This document shows, piece by piece, positions 51,201 through 56,793 of a stretch of DNA of 56,793 nt. The DNA is from Trichosphaerium sp. ATCC 40318 (lineage: Eukaryota > Protista > Tubulinea), in assembly GCA_038496445.1 (NCBI GenBank), contig JALMLS010000602.1, forward strand, positions 1 to 56,793, written 5' to 3'. The position numbers were made by a program, and so were the translations under genes. How positions within the stretch are numbered: the first letter of the stretch is position 1; every line of letters starts with the position of its first letter. Under the pieces are notes generated by a model, which was not told where the DNA came from, made no database searches, and saw only the letters and a list, made by a program, of their open reading frames with translations.

Positions 51201-52624
51201 AGCCAACTCAAGGCAAACAAGCAAACCGCTTCCTCCTAGACCTGCACGGAAACCTTCAAGGTTGACTGCACCTCCATTATCACCAAAAGTAGTTAGCACA
51301 AAGAAGACAAACTTGAACCGCAGATCACGTCTTGTTAAGCTAGATATTACTACAAAACCAGCAGTTCCTCCTAGAAAAGGTAAACCTACTCAACCACGGG
51401 AGAGCGCATCAGGAGATTTTTATTACAATCAAGCTGTTGGTATTGGTACGTCTTGTTTTTCGCTGTTGCTTTGTTTGCGGTTTTTTTCATCTGTTTGACT
51501 TACTGTTGTATAGGTCCTAAAACTATATCTTACCTTCAAAAAAGCATAGAAAGGATACTTCGGTATGCAGTAAAAGATATATATTTCTTTATTTACAACG
51601 CATAGTGGACAGAGGCAAACAAGGGATGAAGCGAAAATAATTGCAGAAAACCTAAACAAACTTTTTGGTAAGTCAGATTTATTACTCCTTGATTTTTGAC
51701 GGTTTACAGCAACTGACGCTGGAAGACGCATATTTGCATACCTCCTACAGGAAGCTGTTAGGCTTAACCGCATTCTTCTTGTCGGATCATTCACAGCACT
51801 AAAAAACATAATCGAGTCTTCGTTGAAGTACTTTAATCCAAAAAATAGGCACGTGCTCTTTTATTGTTCATTTTGAGCTCTTTGTTTCATCGCTGATGGT
51901 ATACCCTAAAGGTCTGATTTTACTGGATTGAAGATGATACTAGAGTTATCATATGATGTTAGATATAATCAACCTGATGGCGAAAAGGTCTTCTTGAAGG
52001 TTAGTCATTCACCTTTTTTTTCAACTGAAAGAAAAGCAGTCTCTTATTTTTTCTTCACAGGACAAGATTAAATCACACTTGATTTGGGCTGAGATGTCTT
52101 TCTGGCAAGGTGTGGTTATTGGTATAGTGGTAATTTAGTGATCTGATGTTGTATAGAGTACTGGTGGCATAAAATAGGAAAATCTTTTGCTGCTGCAAGA
52201 AATACACCTCAAATCAATACAAACTTGTTCATTACAAGTCAACTCAAGACTTTCAGTACGCTTCATTTTATTTGAAAAATGATACACAATTCGATTGCAA
52301 TCAACATAAACTAACTGTGGTGTTCTTTAGCTCAAGTAATATGGGGTTTTGGTCAAATGAATAAGGAAAAGGTTATTGCTGCTGTACTAGATATTGCAGT
52401 AAAAAGTGGATTACCTCCTTTTTCCATGAGACGTGTTCGGCAAGAGATTGGCGGTTGGATTGCTCAAGGTAAAGCAAAACCAAAACGTACACGATTTCAG
52501 ACAGTTATGCTTGGTAATAGTCCAATTCCAGGCACGTGATAACAGAATTTATTGGTTTTTGTTCTGCCCTTTTTTTTTTAATGTTGTTTGTTTAGATAAA
52601 CCTGGTCGTAATCCTTATGTGTAA
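48209..52624 (+). CDS. Calponin-homology domain + long coiled coil + SBF2-like C-terminal domain protein (start codon upstream, unresolved)
   Basis: WVEKVV...SLRSGVVLCKLV...ENIGIFLDSCWQLGIPSDELFVTSDL (CH domain), heptad-rich exons, and C-terminal GRRIFAYLL...IKSHLIWAEMSFWQ. Confidence 0.8.
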
Positions 52625-52855
52625 AAGAAATAAAAGTAAAATCATACCATTATGTACTGTTAGTTTCTTGTAATCTATAAAGCGGAACTCACCCACATGT
52701 GGTATCTCAGCAGTTGTTTAAGGCGTGATAAACAAAAAAAAAAGTTCACAGTTTTCGAACCTAAAGAATGAAAATTCGTTGTGGATGTATTATTGTAGTA
52801 TCCACCTGAGAGTGTACATACGCTCTAATGAATGTATTTTTGTGTTGTGGGGTTT

Positions 52856-54703
52856 TTACACGAGTGAGTACACAGCAAAGAATAGCATTTCCGAGTATGT
52901 GTAAGAAGATACATTGAACCCAGGATCATTAACCTTAAAGCTATCTGATGCTTCATCATATCCAGTAATAAGTACCCAATGTTCTCCATTTCTTACGTTT
53001 ACAATAGTACCAATATTGCAATCCTTTTACAAAAACCAGTCAGTTCACCTGAAGGAGCTGTCACGTGATTGTACCTTGGATAAGTTTATCAAGTCATTTT
53101 TGGATACATTTTCAACAAACTGTTTGATGTGCACAGGACCAAGAGCTGATACAGAGTCCCTTATGAAAGTTAAATAAGGAAGACTAAACATTTAAAACTT
53201 AATTAAGTCGTACCAAATAACTAAGTCATCAGAAGCATAGCCTCCATTATTTGTTAACCAAGTATTCAAAGATCCTATTTACCAAAACTTAATCGCAAAA
53301 CAAGGAGGGACGATTTCGTACCTGGATTGGCAAGACTGCCGTTAATGTTCACACCACTTGACGCCAATAACATTGCAATATCAGTAACTGCACATCCTGA
53401 GCTACATAGCGTATTTTTGGGAGATCTACCCAAAGGATCACTAGCACAATACGTCAGAGAGAACTTCAAAAAATGAAAAAAAAAACCCAGTAAAGTCGGA
53501 TGTTGTTTTAACGTACTATTTCCATTGTGGGTTGCATTGACTGTAGTAGTGGAAATCGCAAGTTGGAGTAACTGGGTCTAACCCATCCAAATAGTTTAAG
53601 TCGACCTAATCAGAGTTTAGAGTGTATGCTGTAAAACTTCATAAAAAAATACCAACATACACCGCTATTGCACAAGTTTGTAGTTCCCTTGTATTGCTTG
53701 ATTGTAGGATCAGTCCAACCACCTTCCATTGTATAAGCCAACTGAAAATACTAACTATACCATACCAAATGCTTGGCTGTCGTAGTCATCGAAACTTGCA
53801 ACTCCATCATAGTGAGCATACCTATTTTTTTTTTCACATTTCGTACTAGCCTACTAAAAACGTACCATAACAAAGTGTCGTTATACGCCTCAAATCCATC
53901 TCCAAAAATAGGATACCACGTGTACCTTGTTTTAGAATATAAATAAAAGAGAAACAAATGAGAAACAACTGGAAGCACTTATTCTAAGAGGTTATGTTTT
54001 AATTTCTTACCTGGCTGAGTATATGCCCCAAGTATGTCCAGAATCTATGGCACCCGCAACAAGAGACTTCATAAATTCCCTATTATCAGAAACAGATGAA
54101 TGCCAATATTGAGTTCCTTCAATATCAAGCCAAATCTAACAAAAGTTGCTAAGTTTCCAAATTCGATGATGCGGCAAATACAAAAAAGGAAAGTCTTGGA
54201 CAGTTTTTGTCTCTGTCAAGAAAAAAGGGTTACCACTTACAGTACTATACGTTGCATTGAAACCTTCCAAGTATGAGACCATGTCTGACACTTGAGAATA
54301 ACCTGTTGTTCCACAAGTAGGGCAAGGGAAAACTTCAAAAAAGTCAGACTTTTACATCAAAAAAAACGCGTGGAGTTTGGTAAATTATCATCTCTCCAGA
54401 AAAAGGCTTTCGAGATTTCGTACCGTAAACATCTATGTCTTTTATACCCGCATCTCTTGCGTTATATATCGTGTGCGGTGCAACTGGATCTGGCTGTCCA
54501 ACAGACTGGTAGCCCTAAAGCGAGTTTAAGGCTAAAACTATCACGAAATAGCGACATACGCGTATAATAGCGTAATCGTAGCCTGCTGCTTTGATACATC
54601 TCCAAGCAGTAATATCTATCGACGATGACACGTCTACAGCTTTACGTGCGTACGTTACACCAAGGAGCAACAAAAGAAAAGCAAATGCGTTCCCTTTAAG
54701 CAT
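52856..54703 (-). CDS. Secreted GH25-type lysozyme fused to a C39-like (papain-fold) peptidase
   Basis: Signal peptide, AVDVSS, YAIIR, FPCPTC, IWLDIEG, YAHYDG, GGWTDPTIKQY and VDLNY, continuing in frame into YSQCNPQW, LCSSGCAVT, NGEHWVLITGY and VNDPG. Confidence 0.85.
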
Positions 54704-54855
54704 TTTTAATTGCAAACCGCGTTTTACAAAGATTGACCAACTTTTTTTTGACCGTTTTTCTTCCAACATTAAAAAATTTTGTTTACATTCTTTATTTACA
54801 TTTACTACGTCCTCACCTCATAGAGAAGTATGTACAAAAAAGAGGTGGGGTTATT

Positions 54856-56793
54856 TTAAGGCACCCAGCATGCTCTTCCGTTGGTTTCTAAAGTAGTACT
54901 AATGATATCTTCGAAACCTTCCCACTGCAAAAAAAAAAAAAGTGAGAAAAAATTGTAATAAGTTCGTTTTAGTTGTACCCCGACTTGATTGCGTGCTAGT
55001 GGTTTTGTGTATATAGATTTCGAAAGGTAGCCCATGTTGTAGAACGTAAGCTTGCTGTTAAAAAGCGCAATGAGTTACAAGAAGGAGTGTGCAAGAAAAA
55101 ACTTACCGTGATCCAATCCAACCTCTAGCCAGTAGACGAGATAACAGAGATGTCTCTAGAATCTAGAACCATATTAAATCAACAGTATTACACACATCTT
55201 ACTGCTCTAGATGCTTCCGAAGACGGCACAGAAAACGTGTTTTTCATAGTTGAATCTGCAACTGTAAATCTCACCTATTGGGCTTTTTAGTTTCAAAAAA
55301 TAAAGACAAAAAAACACTTTACCATGCCATCACTTTCGTCTTCAATACTAACACGCGTTTTATTCTGCATATCGGGGCAATACTAAGAGATGTTATATTG
55401 TATTAAACACGACTGACAGCCCAGCAAAGAAGAGAACACCCAATAAGCATGACTTACTTGAGGTATTTGTCCATGCACAGTAACAATTATATCAGCTACA
55501 GTATATACAATGCCATCGATTGGCGCAGTCCAAGCTGCACCTACAGTTTGAAGTAGGGATAATTTTATAATCTTGTCATTGCCCACACGAACAAAAACGC
55601 CATCAAATACATCCTTCAAAAAAAAACTTAGAATAGAATTTTCTATGCACAAAGAACTCATAACAGGTTTCTGTAACGCGCTTGGGTCCTTCAAACCTAA
55701 CAAGGTTGCGTACAAGTACTGGCGCCTTATCTGGTCTATCTTTCAAAGGCTCTGTAAATAATGTGGTGAAGTCTGGGTATGATAAGAACTATGCGTGTTA
55801 AGTGGAATTAGATGTGTTTTAGCGCGTACCTCCGTTGTTGAGGAACCAATCGTTGAAATTGAAAATAACGGCGCTGTATTTACTTTAATATAGTTCTAGG
55901 TTCATTAGGTTTCTATTACGTGCGTTTTACGCTCCATACCTCATACCATGTCAATTTGTTAAACGGCTTTTTCATTATACGTAACCTTTGATTTACTAAG
56001 CGCTTGTTGGTGTTAGCAATAGATTATTGTAGCATGATGTACTAGGCACCTGCCAATAAAGCTGATGTTCTTTTCCACGCTTGTTTAAGGTGCCACATAC
56101 AGCCACTAGTTGTTTTGAGCATTCTCATAACAGTTATTTCTACGTACTGACATTTAGCACTTCTCGTACAGTTAAGCTATCAAGCAACAGCCTGACCATG
56201 TCGCTGGGTAATGAAAGAACTGTAATTGTGCCTGGATTGCTCCCTACTGTACCATTAATCATAATACCGACTGTATGTGCGTTGTACCGCCGTTGCCCAT
56301 TGAACTAGCCTAAATACAATTGTATGCTTCATGAACTTAACGCAATTGGGTTTAAGGAGCTCCAACGCTGACTGTTAGCTCTTCAAATACCTCAAGCAAT
56401 GTCTCTCCGCGTATTTTTTGGTACTACACGCCATACTTATTTGCACGTTAACGGTTTTACACAGTAAGACACGGACAGTGTACAATGAACTTACAAATTG
56501 GAAGTATCATTGGTGGGCAGCAAAATGAGTCTCCTCTGACAGATTTGGGCAGAAATCAAGCAAAAGCAACTGGTACTGCACTGAAATACATCACACCTTT
56601 GCTGACTCATTAAAGGTGTATGTTTTAAAAAGTCTGGCGTAAAATTTAACGCTGTATACGCTTCTACTGCTGTTCGCGCCACAGACACTGCAAAAATCAT
56701 AGTAAACGAGATGGGAGGTAATGAATCTGATATACAGTTCCGCTCCGATATTCTAGAACTCTCAAGGTACCCCAAATGACTTGACAACTGAAT
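54856..56793 (-). CDS. 3' part of a multi-exon gene of unknown function (5' end beyond the window)
   Basis: A series of minus-strand exons bounded by GT-AG ending GRACWVP-stop. No family recognised. Confidence 0.5.

Noticed and set aside
1-56793. Stop-codon reassignment to explain the fragmented ORFs
   Set aside because: The fragmentation is explained by short introns. Conserved genes splice without internal stops, and TAA, TAG and TGA all terminate genes.

Overview
This is an AT-rich, gene-dense eukaryotic genomic window with many short spliceosomal introns (mostly about 40-70 nt, 5' donors commonly GTACG/GTAAG/GTATG) and the standard genetic code. The gene content (34-kDa actin-bundling protein homologue, filamin repeats, protist-type GH25 lysozyme, F-box/MORN and F-box/LRR genes) suggests an amoeboid protist, probably Amoebozoa; this is inference. 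Gene models were spliced by hand because the ORF track is fragmented by introns. Housekeeping genes include ERO1, a UBE2Q-type E2, PP2C, an ADCK1/ABC1 kinase, a macro-domain protein, a methyltransferase and a CH-domain coiled-coil protein. These are interleaved with a candidate conflict/predation toolkit: a Crinkler-like SAP + coiled-coil + PD-(D/E)xK nuclease + kinase gene, a secreted JAMM/MPN+ protein with an inverted pseudogene copy, a GH25 lysozyme fused to a C39-like peptidase, a heparinase II/III-like fragment, duplicated Cys-rich secreted peptides and tandem DNRLRE-domain receptors. Structural oddities include at least 8 GC-AG introns with a GCACG donor, one likely GA-AG intron, a spliced SAM-domain gene nested antisense in an ERO1 intron, a 1.09-kb inverted duplication, a probable gene-conversion tract and a 287-bp insertion with a 5-bp target-site duplication. 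All family assignments come from motif recognition, not database searches.
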